Notes: generated from the sequence alone by a model not told the origin. Numbered from the stretch's first letter, positions 12,631 through 25,440 are shown. The stretch: DNA of 64,000 nt from Ginglymostoma cirratum (GCA_024137785.1 JAHRHZ010000046.1:34998055-35062054); one strand, 5' to 3'. Numbers and translations are program-made.

Positions 12631-13439
12631 TGTTGCACAGCAAAGAACAGACTTTCATTAGCAAATTCCTTCCAAATTTACAGCATTCTTTCAGAATTGC
12701 TCTCTGCACAGAATAAAAAGGCTCAGATCCTAGCTAAATGAAAATATCAGCGTTCCAACGTCCCTGTGTCTTATTTTAAACAAAATAGTGCATTTCTGTT
12801 CTTTGGCGTACTGCTTCTCTCTCTCCTGTGTTACGTAATGAAAGGGTCATTGGGAATTCTTGCATGCCTCTTGTTAAACTAATGCAATCATTTTGAGTGC
12901 CTTCATTGGCTGTAGGAGGCAAGTTATCTCAACCGTGCAGCAATCGGTGTTAAATCCTCTCCACGTTGGTTGTGGAAGTATTTGAATTGTCCACCATTTA
13001 AGGGGTGTTTGTGGGAAGTTGGGTTCTTGGATTGATGGCCCTCGTTCTAGGCTATTCGTAGCACGTCTTCCAGTTACTGAGAGGCTTTTTTTTGTTTTAA
13101 AAACTGGGGATAGGAAATTGGCATGTCTTGTTCCATTCAACCAATCAAGCTTTTAAGGCACTAAGAAACCAGAAAAATAAAGGCTACAAATGTGCACATT
13201 TGTTCTCCTCACAATCGCTGCGAGCAAAGGTTTCTGGCTATATGAATCAGAGGCTTGTCTCTCTATATGGCAGAATATCTATAAGAACGTGACTGCAAAT
13301 AAAGGCAAGCGATGTATTCGGAAAAGTCTGTACTGATAGAGAATTGATAGACTTGTTATGGCAGTAAAACCAGTGCAGGGCTGACTCACTGTTGACCCTT
13401 AGTTAGAACAGCGGTATTTATGTCATGAACCTTTTTGTC

Positions 13440-13602
13440 AGAATAAAAGAAAATGCAAATCTGATTTTCCTTTGGCGTGGTGTGACGCATTAGAGAGGGC
13501 AAGGTGCTCAGAAGGCTAGGATCCGACTGCAGATCTTTGCTGTCTGCGAGAGGACTGAGAAATTCTGCATGTTTGCACCAGTGCATTAGGGGCCAGGTAA
13601 GT
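13440..13602 (+). promoter_or_regulatory. Candidate internal promoter and non-coding first exon ending at 13596
   Basis: Octamer ATGCAAAT (13453-13460), CRE-like TGACGCA (13483-13489) and perfect donor CAG|GTAAGT (13596/13597), in a repeat-free, CpG-retaining region. Confidence 0.45.
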
Positions 13603-15399
13603 CAGATGAACCGTTTACTTCGGAAACTGAGAGGTGCTTAATTGCAATTAATGATCTGTAAGATAGGAACGGGGAGAGGGTAAAAGACGAATTTGCAGCT
13701 TTGCAATGCTATAACATGAAGGGAAACGCTTCAACTGACGACAGCAGATGAGAGATTTGAACCTTGCAGTTAGCTTTTATTCTTATTTGTTTGTTTTATT
13801 ATTGCTTCTTTGTATATTTCCTGTTTAAGCGAAGCTATGCAAATATCCCAGCTGTGTTTATGTGTAGTGTGTACGTAAATAACGCATCATTGTTATTACG
13901 CTTTCTGCCCGAAGGCACAACACACAATGTGAGCGCTGATCATATACATCTTTCACAACTTCACCTTCTGTCATACATAGGAAGATCATTTAGCATACCT
14001 CCGAGAATAGTTAAGTAGTTCAGTCTACAAATAACACGGGGAATGGAACAATTTGATGTGCAGCTTTGCCTATAATAGGTAAAATAAATTCGCTATAAAA
14101 ATAATCGCCGTAAATAATAATATATTGATTAGACCTTTAGCATAAGTAGACTAACAGGTTTTAACCTAGTTCAGAGGGCAATCACTGCAATTCTCTTCCT
14201 TGATGCATCTCTCGTTCAATAAAGCGAAAAGGAGTTCTGGAATGTATCATCTAAACAGCTAAAGACTGGAATACAGCAGCATTAGTGTGAAATGAAAGCA
14301 TTGTTAATTTGAAGTAAACGTTAAATATAGGGTCTGCCATTGAATGATGTACTGAAGTTGTGAGTGCAAATTAATTTAAGTATAAATGTAGGAAATCAGT
14401 TAGTTAATGCACAAATTGTTGATGTTACATTTTAGTAGTTGATCCATTGACTTGGGAATTAGCGGGATTGATTAAAATTCGTATCAAGGTGAATTGGGTG
14501 TAAGGGTTTTCTTAAAGGAAGGTTGCATTTTCTAAGCTCATTTAACCGGTGTTCATTTGGCAAAGACTTTCAAGTCCAAATCTTTTCCTTTAAATAATTC
14601 AATCGTATGCACCCTGGATGTTTTTAATAAGTATTTTACCAATTTCAAGATTGGTAAGGTATTCCTTATTAAATAAAGTGATGACTTAAAGCTCAACACA
14701 TCGTACAGACTTGCTGAATACAATCAGAACAACAGCCTGAGGTTAGACACCTGGATACATTTGCTGCCACAGGATCAATGTCTAGGGAGATCAAAAGTGT
14801 GAAGAAAGTGGAACAAGGAAAGGAAGTACATTGTCAAAATATGAAAAAAATTTGATGTCAATGAAGGAGAGCTGTTTTATTATGAAATACCTACAATTCC
14901 TTTGACATTGTATGATTGCAATGTTAATGGTGCTGTCAATTAAGACTTAGGGAAATTGCTATTTGTCTAATCTACAAAAACTGTACGCCAAAGTTGAAGA
15001 AAAATTTTTCCCTATTCTGGTGAGCTATTTCAAAATTTGACACTAAGGCACAAAAAATATTTTGTCAGTTGTCTAAAATCTGGGTCAAAAAATGTCATTT
15101 CTGGTGTCACCTTAGAGACCAGGGACGGATAGAGAGAAAATGAAGCTTAAGGAGGGACTTGCAGAACTTGGGGTATCGATAGATGAAGGCGCAGCAGTGA
15201 CTGAAGTAGAGACTACAGAGATGGGGGCAATAAGACCATGGAGGGACACTTAACTGTCCCTCACTGGATCCTATCGCATTCAGCAATTTATGCAGGTCCT
15301 GAGATCTGTGGAACAGTGGTATGTCCCTACCTCTGTGTCAATTCAAACCTGCTGTGACCCCTCAACAGGTTGGTTAGAAAAAAACGACACCCAGGTCCT

Positions 15400-16700
15400 T
15401 CTGCTCCTGCACCCCATTTGGACCCTTTATTTTGTGATTTTTCCGACCAAAATGAATAACTTTGCACCTCTCTACATTGAATTTTATCCATCAAATTGTT
15501 TGCACATTTCACCAATCTGACCCTTTTGCCATTCTACACTATCTCTCATGGTTCATAATGCTACAATACTTCCAAGTTTTGTATCATCCACAACTTTTGA
15601 AATTGTGTCCTGTGCACCAAAGTCTATGTCATTGAATGTCTATGATGGAGAACATGGGTCCTAATACTAAGCACTGGGGAGCCCCACTGTAAGCTGTACT
15701 CCAGGCTGAAAAACTACAATTTGCCACAGTGTTTCCTGTCACACAGCCAGTTTTATATACGTGTTGCTACAGTTCCTTTTATTCCATGAGCTCTAACGTT
15801 GCTCAGTATAGTCTTTTGTGCAACAGTTTGTCAAATGCCTTTGGAAGTCCATGTACACCACATCAACAGTATTGCCCTCGTCAACACTCTATATTGCCTT
15901 TGTTACCTCTGTTTGCCAAAGTGGCCTTTAATTTTGTCCCAAATTGCTTCTACAAGCCCTCTTTCCCACACCATCCACATATCAACTCTCATGCACAGAC
16001 AAATACACATAGCCTAGTCTATTGTTGTTGGATTATCTTGACATTCCATATGAGTACGTTTGTAACATTTAAACTCTGCAATTTTCTCGTACATTCAACC
16101 TTCCTCCCATGAGCCTAAGATCAATTGGAAGATTATTACCATTGCTTCTGCAATTTCATCGTTTTTCACTTCTTTTAGCATCTTTGGATGCATTTCATCT
16201 GGTCCTGGTGTCTTATCAACTTTCAAGTTCAGTCAGTCTATTGTTATCCTTATCAATTGTACCCTTCAAGTGTCTGAACCAGCTCTTCTTCCAGCATGGG
16301 CAGTAGCTTCTTCCTTGGTAAACACATGCAGTGTATTCATAGAGTACTGCAGCCACACCCCCTGTTTCAGTGAATAAATTCCAACAAGTGGTCCCTGATT
16401 TACAAATGTACAGGGGTGTAATTTGAAAGGTCTGACATAGCAATGTTTTGTATACTTGCAAAAGGCTGTTTTATATTGTCCTGCATTCTGTTTCAACTTC
16501 TGTATAAGTCAACTTGTGAATGGACTAGAGGATGAAACCTGTTCGCAACCTGGTAACTGCCTGTATTTTGGTCCCTAATCAACCCACACCACCTTCTATC
16601 AGCCTTTTTTACTATTCATATGGTTGAAGATTCTCGGATTCCCTTTATGTTAGCAGCCAAGTGCCTGGCTGTTCCCTGAACTATCAAGTGCCCCGCCATT
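15400..16700 (-). mobile_element. Highly degenerate CR1 LINE RT region
   Basis: Reverse strand shows remnants of GSPVLSIRT ([10 protein letters not shown]-like), KVVDDTKLG (KFADDTKLG-like), DGVHGLPKAFDK and APGPDEMHP. Confidence 0.75.
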
Positions 16701-16789
16701 TTGCCCTTCCAGTTTTCTTTGTGCCTCCTGTGCAGCTGTGCTCCCATGGTGTCATGATTTGGGTCTGGCTGCTCTCTGTTGATAAGCCA

Positions 16790-17375
16790 TCACACTCACC
16801 AGTATTCAGAACTGAATAACATTGCCCAACTCCAAGCCTGTCTCAGTTCATCTGCAACTTCAAACCTCATCCATCCTTCACTCATGCCTATGTTACACCC
16901 AGACGATTCTAGTGACTAGCCACCCTGAGTCTCTGATGTTTGTGTATTACCTTGTTCCAAGTTCTGTACAAAAATCACCATTTTACTGGTTGATTTACTT
17001 TGACTCCCAATTAAGCATTCTCGACCTTGTTTTCAAATCCCACCAGGTCAGGCACATCCGATCTCTCTGATCTCCTATAGTCCCAGAAGCCTGAAATACC
17101 TGCACTTCTACGGCTCTGATCCTTTGAAGATTTAATTGCCCCACTAGATCTTCAGTTTCCAAGGCTCTAAGCCCTGGAATTCCCTCAATCTCTCTCCCTC
17201 TACCTTTTTTCCATCCTTTCACCTCTGTTAAAACTGACCTCTTTGACTGAACTTGAGGCCTGTTCTAACATCTCTCTATATGACTTAGAGTCATAATTTG
17301 TTAATGTTCTTGTAAAACACCTTCTGGCATCTTATTAAGCTAAAGGTTCTATATCAATACAAATTGCTGTTGTTC
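16790..17375 (+). mobile_element. L2-type LINE 3' end, degenerate
   Basis: LxHAYVTPR (HAFVTSRLDY-like), ILDLVFKS, LWNSL motifs and a 3' tail ...ctatatcaatacaaattgctgttgtt. Confidence 0.65.
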
Positions 17376-18347
17376 ATATGAGACCAGAAGGGTAACAAAT
17401 CCTGTGCAGATGAGGGAGTGAGAGAGATGATAATATGGTATAACAGGGTCTCACCAGTGTTGTGTTAAGGTCAAACCAGAACTTCTAAAAATGAAAATTG
17501 TTTACCTGTAGAATTGTTCACAATCGACTCATCAATAAATTTAAAAGGTATTCTTCCAGATTCTGATACAGAGGTTTAAACAGATTGCCTGCTGTTACAC
17601 TGAGGCAAACAGGTCAGGAAGATTGTGAATTCCTATCAGTGCTGGTTTGATTGCTGAAGAAGATGCAACGATAGGCATCTGAGCCAAAAGGAAAATCAGG
17701 CAGGCTTCCATGTCCTGATAACTAACCAGTTGCCACTTCCCCTGCTGCATTTATTTGGATGCCACGTGCTGACAGAATGAAGGCATCATTGTGTTGGCTC
17801 CAATGGTAGAATAGTTCAGCATTATGCACTGTATATGATGGGCTGACAAGTTTATTAGCAGTCTATGGAAGGTTCTAACAACTCCTCAAAATTAATAAAG
17901 CTGAAAATATGCATGAGAGATGGAAAAACAAGACCCCCTTGTTTAAAATCACTTTCAATGCTTTAAGACCTATACTTCACATTTAGGGTTGGGCTATATC
18001 TTAGTAACAAGACATGACATCCACTGTACAACTTTCTAAATTTTGACTCTTGTAGTCTGCTCATGGGAGCAAGTAGGCATTTCTTGGGCCATCTGTATCC
18101 AGCTGTAAGTCTGATCAATTGCATTAGGGATCCTTTTAGTTTCAGTAGCTCCAGAAAAATAATTGTGCAGAAAGTGATTCTAGATATAAGTGTGGGGTTG
18201 AGGTCCAGAACAGCGGTAGAGTCAAAGTGATGATAAAGTTATGAAAGGGAACGTGTGAGAGGTCCTTAGTTTTATCAATTGGGGTAGATATAAAAAAAGC
18301 AAATAAATAATTACAAACCAATGTAAATCATTTATTTAGCTGCTGTT

Positions 18348-18612
18348 ACATAGAAATAGGAGCAAACTGTTGTAGGCCCTTGACCCAGTTTTGCTATTCA
18401 GTCACATCAAAGATGACTTGCACCTCCATTTCCATGTCGCTGTCTGAGCTCCATGTCCCTTGATACTCTTGCCTGATGAAAAGCTGATAATCTCTGTCTT
18501 TGAAAACTCTAATTGACCCCACATCCACAGTCATTTGGGGGAGTAAATTCCAGGATTATTCTTATCTGTGTGAAAAATTGCTTTCTGATTTCACTTTTAA
18601 ATGGCCTAATTC
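18348..18612 (-). mobile_element. CR1 3' end (nested)
   Basis: Begins acatagaaataggagc, the reverse complement of the CR1 terminal repeat, followed by WNxLP-region remnants. Confidence 0.65.
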
Positions 18613-18651
18613 TTGCTGCTCTATTTTAGGAAGGGCATAAAAAGGATCTGG

Positions 18652-19225
18652 ATAGAATCATACAGCACAGAAACAGGCCCTTCGGTTCAACCAGTCCATG
18701 CCAACCATAATCCCAAACTAAACTAGTCCCACCTGCCTTGGCCCATATCCCTCCAAACATTTCTCATTCATGTACTTATCCAAATGTCTTTTAAACGTTG
18801 TAACTGCACCCATATCCACCATTTCCTCTGGCAGTTCATTCCACACATGAACCACTCTCTCTGTAAAAATAGTTGCCACTCATGCTTTTGAAATCTTTCT
18901 CCTCTCATCGTAAAAATATGCCCCCAGTCTTGAAATTCCCCACCCTAGGGAAAAACACCTGCCATTCATTTTATCTATACCCCTCATGATTTTATAAGCC
19001 TCTATAAGGTCACCCCTCAATCTCCTGTGCTACAGTGAGAAAAGTCCCAGGCTATCCAACCTCTGCTTATAACACAAACCGTCCATTCCCAGCAACATTC
19101 TCGTAAGTCTCTTCTGAACCAGTTCGAGTTTAATAATATCCTTCCTATAACAGAGTAACCAGAACTGGACGCAGTACCGCAGAAGAGGCGTCACCAACCT
19201 CTTGTACAACCTCAATATGATGTCA
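18652..19225 (-). mobile_element. Younger CR1/HER1 LINE 3' end (nested)
   Basis: ORF 19030-19215 LYKRLVTPLLRYCVQFW...LELVQKRLTRML...LGLFSL plus the 3' UTR and terminal repeat. Confidence 0.92.
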
Positions 19226-21399
19226 TGAAATAAGATTCACTAGGAAGAGTATCAGGGATAGGAAGCCTTAGTTATGGATCTGTGTTGTTAACATGTGAAC
19301 AGAGATGGGCTAGAGACAGTCTGATATGTTGCTCAAAATTAGGACAGGTTTCAATAAGATAAATAGTTGAAATCATTTTCACTGCTTTGTGCATTGTTTT
19401 TGAGAGTGAACGGATTCAAGATGAAGAATGAAGGCAGAGAATAAATGATTCATTTCAGAGGATGGTTAGGCCATGGAATGTAGCATTGGTAATAATAATG
19501 AATGTAGGATCTATAGCAGCTTGTAAGTGGAAGCTGAATAAATATTTGTAAAAGAACAATTAAAGGGACTAAGACTAATTGAAGAGCCAGTAGACCTGTA
19601 ATGGACCAACTCCTACCTGACTAGAAATACTAACCATACTTTTTGGATTTTAAACTTCAAGTTTTGTACTCATAGCATACAGTGAGCATACACAATTGTT
19701 GTAATCCCTATACTGAAATGAGTCCCTTTTATCCTCATTATTCTTTTTGAATTTTCCAAATTATGACCCCCTTTTCATCAGCACTGGGAGTGATATATTG
19801 GTTCATCTGGTTAGGGTTGGACGTCAAGGATGCTGCACTCCAGGGTTAACTCTTCAAGTAAGCAAAAATATCTTACTGCACGTGAGACTATTGCGAGCAG
19901 TGCTTTTGAAAGGTTTTGATCAAGCATTTATCACACGGACTATGACAAAAAAAAATTGGTGGAAAGATCAAAGCCGATCCTTGTGCCACGCTATATACTG
20001 AACTTGCAGCTTAGAGCGCCTCTGGATATTCACCTGTCCCTCCAGTGGACAATAGAGTGACTGCACTCATCATGAACATTAATGTTACTGCTGGGACATG
20101 GTAGAATATCTCAAAAAGGTTTCATGTTGCAGCTGGATTCAGAAGAGCGTCACTATGCAATTATCCAGATGCTGTTTTCCATTGTTTACATACTAACAAT
20201 GTTGATTTGCATAAGATGCAAAGCAGAAGTGAGGCCAATGATATTGGGTTGTAGTTCACAGTGGGTTTCTGTCATCAGTACAAGGTAAATCAGGCAGTTT
20301 AAATTTCCAAGTGCAGTTGAAGGTTAAAGAACCATGTATTTTTCATCCGCCTGCAGTTTCACAGCATAAAAGAATCTTACAGCACTGCTAAGACAAGGTA
20401 TTTCTGCAGTGATCATTCTACCATCGATACCAATTAGATGTGAGACATTTAAGTCAAGCTCTGCCAAGATAATTTACAGGTAACAGTCTGATTATGTCTG
20501 AGTTAAAATGAATTCTTTAAACAGGTGGTTACTTTTTCATCGATTATATTGTTGACTTAGAATATTCATGAACACCACCTTTAATATGGAAAGTTATTTA
20601 TATTCTTAAGAAAAGACATTCGTCTCAGCCACTCTATTTAATGACTGAATTTAAAATTTAAGCCATTAGCAGATTCTTGGGTTTTGTTTAATGCTTTAGG
20701 AACGATCATTCTTTTGCTGTGAGCTGTACGTGGAAATTGTTGGCTGGCAAAACTCGCAATTTATGTAAGAGTAAATTAAGACTGATCTTGTATCAGGCAG
20801 TTCTATCCACAAACAAACAATGCAATTTCAGTCTTTATCTCCTAAGAGAACGTCATTGAAGTCAGTGGCATCTAGCTCATAAGAAATTGTATTACAATCT
20901 GAAGATTTAGCTCTTCAGTCTCATTACTTTTGTGGAATGCATATAGTACATTGTACCTTTGAGTCATTGATTTCCCTGACAGGAAATCTAAAACCCTCAT
21001 CTTAGGACTGATGGCTACCATTTGAGTAACATTTATTTTGTGCACCGTAGGCATCAGACCTCAGATAATGATCGAAATACACTCTGTGTCTATCCATTTG
21101 GTGATGCTATTTGGGCAATTCTTCATTGGCCCTAAGCTGTAAAGTTTCCGAGAGAGAGAGGGACTGAATTGAACTAACTGGTGAAATATAAAAATGATGA
21201 CTTGTGGTTCACTCAAAGCCTACTTCAGTGGTCAAAGAAATGTTAGGACACATTAAACCTAACTATAGCATTGACGTATAAGTAATTTTGTTTTGCAATT
21301 TGCAATTCTGAAGAAGGCACTTGCATTTATACATTTTCTTTCAAGTCCTCGAGGCATGTCAAATTACTTTTAGTATACCATACCCCGAGTGACCCCTCT

Positions 21400-21820
21400 T
21401 ATTGGCTAACAGCAGTTTATTGAAGGAAGTGCACAAAATGTGAAGGGAAGCAGATAATATCCAATAAGCTCCTTGGCGATTATTTGGGAAACAACATTTC
21501 CATTGTGGGGGATGGTGAGTGCAGATTCCAGCCGGGGCTGTCAGTTAAGCTTGCCTGCACTCACTGGGTGAGATTTGCCAGTTCTGGTCCAGGGAGCACT
21601 GCGTACATGCACAGCACAGTGTCTCCAGAGGACAAAGCATTCCCAACTGTCAGCCGATCAAGAAGCAGAATTCGCAACTACCAGAGAGAGAGAGACGTAC
21701 TGTTCTCACAGCTGACGAAACCACTGACGATACCAAAAGAAAGGATTGACAGGAAGGACTTTCTAGATCAAACAATGTATGTGGTATAAATTCATAAGTT
21801 TTGCTTGTAGGCAGGTAAGG
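21400..21820 (+). promoter_or_regulatory. Second candidate internal promoter and first exon ending at 21814
   Basis: ATTGG (21401) and CCAAT (21461) boxes, a GC/CpG-richer unique segment and donor CAG|GTAAGG (21814/21815). Confidence 0.35.
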
Positions 21821-23185
21821 AAGAGAAGCCCTGCTCAAAAGGACACTAATTAATCTCATTGATTACTGGTACGTATTGATGTGTGATTACTTGATTCTAC
21901 CCCATTGTAATTGTAATATCTATAAGGCATTGAATGTGCATGTGAAATTCTGATCAAAAAAAACACCCTGCATCACCCCTTGTCTCACCCTGACAGTTCT
22001 TTGGTTGTGTCTCCCTGCCTGCTGTGGCAGTTATAGGTGGTGTGGGTAACAGTAACAAACGAAACCAACCCAAAAGACAGCTTCACGGGAGTTAGAAGCT
22101 GGAACAAAATCTTGAGTAGTTCCAGTGTTTTTTTTATATATAAACTGCTGCTTTATGTGGTGTTATCAGAAACCTTTGATTCATATTACAAGAGAGAGGA
22201 TATATGGAGCCAGAAACAAGAAAAGCTCATTTTCCTATCAAAATTAACCTTGCTGTAACTTAATAGCAAGTTTCAGCTCAATTGCTGTTCTTGTTGTTAA
22301 TTGAAAATTTATCATTCATTGAAAGTTTATGTATTACATTGGAAGATTAAATAATTATACATATGTTCATACAAATATAAATTGATCGTTTTGGAATGAG
22401 CAATACTGAAAATTAAAGCCTTCAAGCAGCATGAGACCAGCCAGGAACATGTAATCTAAATTGCTGCAATATTAGTCATAGGATTAAAAACAAATTCTTG
22501 TTTCCGGTACTGTCTTTGTTCTGCAGAACAATCATTAATGTAAGTTCCTTAATATAATTTTTTTTGGATATAAAAACAAATTAACTTGTTATTGAAATGA
22601 AATTGGTTTTTTAAGCATTACATCTTAACTCTTGCTTCTTGTGCTGGTCATTTCCTCTTTTGATTGATTGTTAAATGAGGTGAGGTAATAATCTCTGCAT
22701 TTGAAAGTTTTCTGTAGTAATTATAATTGTAGTAAATTATGGTTTTTCTAAAACAAAAATTACTGTATAAGTTGCTTATAACTTACTGATGATATTATGG
22801 TATTCAAATGATTTTCCCAAATTAACTTCACACATACCTGTTATACCATGAGCAGATTTTCTCTGAGCTAGATTATTGTGCGATATAGATGAAGTTAGTC
22901 CAGATTTAGCTCTACCTCTGTGTTCAGTTAGTTGTTCTAGGCTGCGTGGCATTAAAAGAAGCGCAGTAATTAGTTTCAAGTCCCTGTTAGAGTGAAAAAG
23001 GAAAAACAGCCAAGGTTTCCTCTTCTATTCAATATTCAAAAGCATTCAGTGGAAAGTTACATATGTGGGCACAGTGTGAGAACAGGATAAGACACAGTTA
23101 GGCTGATCTGTTTGGTGAACCTAACTCACTGTTCAGAATTCACCTACTTGGGTAGGGTGCCGAAGAGCAACCTGTATCGCTCAAA

Positions 23186-23284
23186 CTGTGGAAGGGTCAC
23201 TCAACACGAAATATTAACTCTGATATCTCTCCACAGAAGCCGCCAGACCTGCTGAGCTTCTCCAGCAAGTTCTATTTTTGTCTC
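23186..23284 (+). mobile_element. Single arm of foldback element family B with a degenerate hammerhead core
   Basis: ctgtggaagggtcactcaacacgaaatatt...ccacagaagccgccagacctgctgagcttctccagcaa, homologous to 39830-39944 and 44878-44960. Confidence 0.65.
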
Positions 23285-23430
23285 TCAAACTGTGCCTTAA
23301 CACCAACCACTGCTTTTAGAACCACCACCTTCAGGAAAGGAAAAAACTGTTGGTGTAATTTAGTGCCTTCCTTTATAGTCTCTGTATCATTGCACAAACG
23401 GTACATCAGTTATTTATTCTGGGACATGGT

Positions 23431-23520
23431 ATAGTCAATGAACACTAATTTTATCAGCCTTATTTCCTTAATTTAAATAAGGCTGATAAAATTAGTGATC
23501 ATTGACTATTTAAGGAAATA
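23431..23520. repeat. Near-perfect inverted repeat (35-bp arms, 9-nt loop) plus an overlapping 11-bp inverted pair
   Basis: 23431-23465 vs 23475-23509 are complementary at 34/35 positions; 23461-23471 vs 23510-23520 at 11/11. Confidence 0.92.
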
Positions 23521-23564
23521 TTGAGCCAAGTCTACCAGCATATAAGGATCTATTAAATATTAAT

Positions 23565-23838
23565 AATTAGAGTCATAGAACTGTACAGCATGGAAACAGA
23601 CTCTTCGGTCCAGCTTGTCCAGGCTGACCGGATATCCTAAATTAGTCTGGTCCCATTTGCCAGCATTTGGCCCATATCCCTCTAAACCCTTCGTATTTCT
23701 ATACCCATCCAGATGCCTTTTAAATGTTGTAATTGTACCAGCTTCCACCACTTCCTCTGGCAACTTATTCCATACACGCATCACCCTCTGCACGAGAAGG
23801 TTGCCCCTTAGGTCCTTTTCAAATCTTTCCCCTCTCAA
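23565..23838 (-). mobile_element. CR1/HER1 LINE 3' end
   Basis: ORF 23560-23838 RGERFEKDLRGN..QRVMRVWNKLPEEVVEAGTITTFKRHLD. Confidence 0.92.
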
Positions 23839-24066
23839 TTGTATGAGGAAAGATGGTAGACTTTTCTTCTTAAATGATAATATAGTGCAGCATTTTTGTT
23901 TTGTTTACACACTTTGTCCTGTTTTATTGACAAGAAACTTTAAAATTGGAACAATGACTACTCGATCCATCAAACATCCTTGCCCCTTTCTATCACATTA
24001 ACCTCAGCAGTGCTACAGCGCAGCTTGTCTTACGTCCCTGATTATAATCACTCTGCCATAGCTGAT

Positions 24067-24414
24067 TTTTTTTTTTTTATTCATTCATGAGGGCATCGCT
24101 GACCAGGCAGCATTTATTGCCCATCCCTTATTTCCCAGAGGGCAGTTAAGAGTCAACCACATTGCTGTGGGTCTGGAGTCACATGTAGGCCAGACCAGGT
24201 AAGGATTGCAATTTCCTTCCCTACAGTGAACCAGATGGGTTTTTCTGACAATTGACAATGGATTCATGTTCGTCATTAGATTGTTAATTCCAGATATTTA
24301 TTGAATTCAAATTCCACCATCTGCTATGTTGGGATTTGGACCCAGGTCCCCAGAACATTATCTGGGTCTCTGGATTAACTGTCCAGCGATAATACCACTA
24401 GGCCATTGCCTCCC
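24067..24414 (-). mobile_element. Near full-length tRNA-derived SINE with A-rich tail
   Basis: Reverse strand has an A-box (TGGCCTAGTGG), a B-box-like GGTCCAAATCC, a body, then gaatgaataaaaaa. Repeated at 24674, 49415, 50330 and 52725. Confidence 0.85.
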
Positions 24415-24673
24415 TTATGCCGTGCCTTAAATCCCACTACTTTGCCCAAGCTTTTGCTCACCTCTCCTAAGGTCTACTTCCCTTCACATTTTGTGCACTC
24501 CTTCAATAAACTGCTGTTAGCTAATAAAAGGGGTCATTCAGGGTATGGTATACTAAAAGTAATTTGACATGATCAGGGTCAGAAATAAGATGTCCAATCT
24601 GAACAGAATTTCTGGGCTCAGCATTAAATCCAGTAATTGGTTTCATCTCTTTAGTAAAATGTAATCCTTTCAG

Positions 24674-24845
24674 TTTTTTTTTCTTTATTCATTCATGGGA
24701 TGAGGGCTTCGTTGGTTGGACAGCATTTATTGCCCATCCCTAATTGTCCAGAGGGCAGTTAAGAATCAACCACATTGTCGTGGGTCTGGAGTCACATGTA
24801 GGCCAGACCAAGTAAGGATGACAGTTTCCTTCCATGAAGGACATT
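24674..24845 (-). mobile_element. 3' half of the same SINE family
   Basis: High similarity to 24067-24225. Confidence 0.85.
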
Positions 24846-25440
24846 GCATGTTTGGGTTCAGATTCATCTGAACTCTGCATATGCCATTTGTGCGAAATAG
24901 AGCAGTCTGCATTATTAACAATGAGTACAATGTATTGACCTGGGCCATATCTGCCCCACATCATGTGCCTCTCCTCTGTTCCTCATTCCTTTCTCTTCTA
25001 GCTTTATGACCTGTTTGTTCTCATCTGTCACAGTACTTTTTACAGCCACAAGATCTTCTTACATTATTTATATTGTCCACTATATCCAAATGTCAATGTC
25101 ACTGTGAAGGAAATATTCCTTCTGTTATAAAATAATTAAATAATTCATTAATTTTATTTTCCAACGGTGTTACCACCTTCCTGAGAACTCTGCATCCCTC
25201 TAATTTGGATTCATATTGACATATGGACTTAACACTTAACTGTGCATTCCATTTTGATTGTTCTATGCATACATTTCTTTTTTTTTGTTGACCCTTTCCT
25301 TCTCTGAGTTCATTTAGATACCAGTTGACTGTCTATTAAATACATAAATAGCATTTTTTGAAATGACACTGACACACCAGGCTCTCGTATCTTGTTCCTA
25401 TCGATACTTACTTTGATTAAATTGGTAAAGCTGATCGCAG

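Larger units (their letters stand above)
18165..19615 (+). mobile_element. Old + strand CR1 3' region interrupted by two minus-strand CR1 3' ends
   Basis: Colinear CR1 remnants at ~18165-18347, ~18613-18651 and ~19226-19615. Confidence 0.55.

Noticed and set aside
24340-24414. tRNA gene
   Set aside because: The A/B boxes belong to a SINE head; there is no full cloverleaf and it continues into a repeated SINE body.
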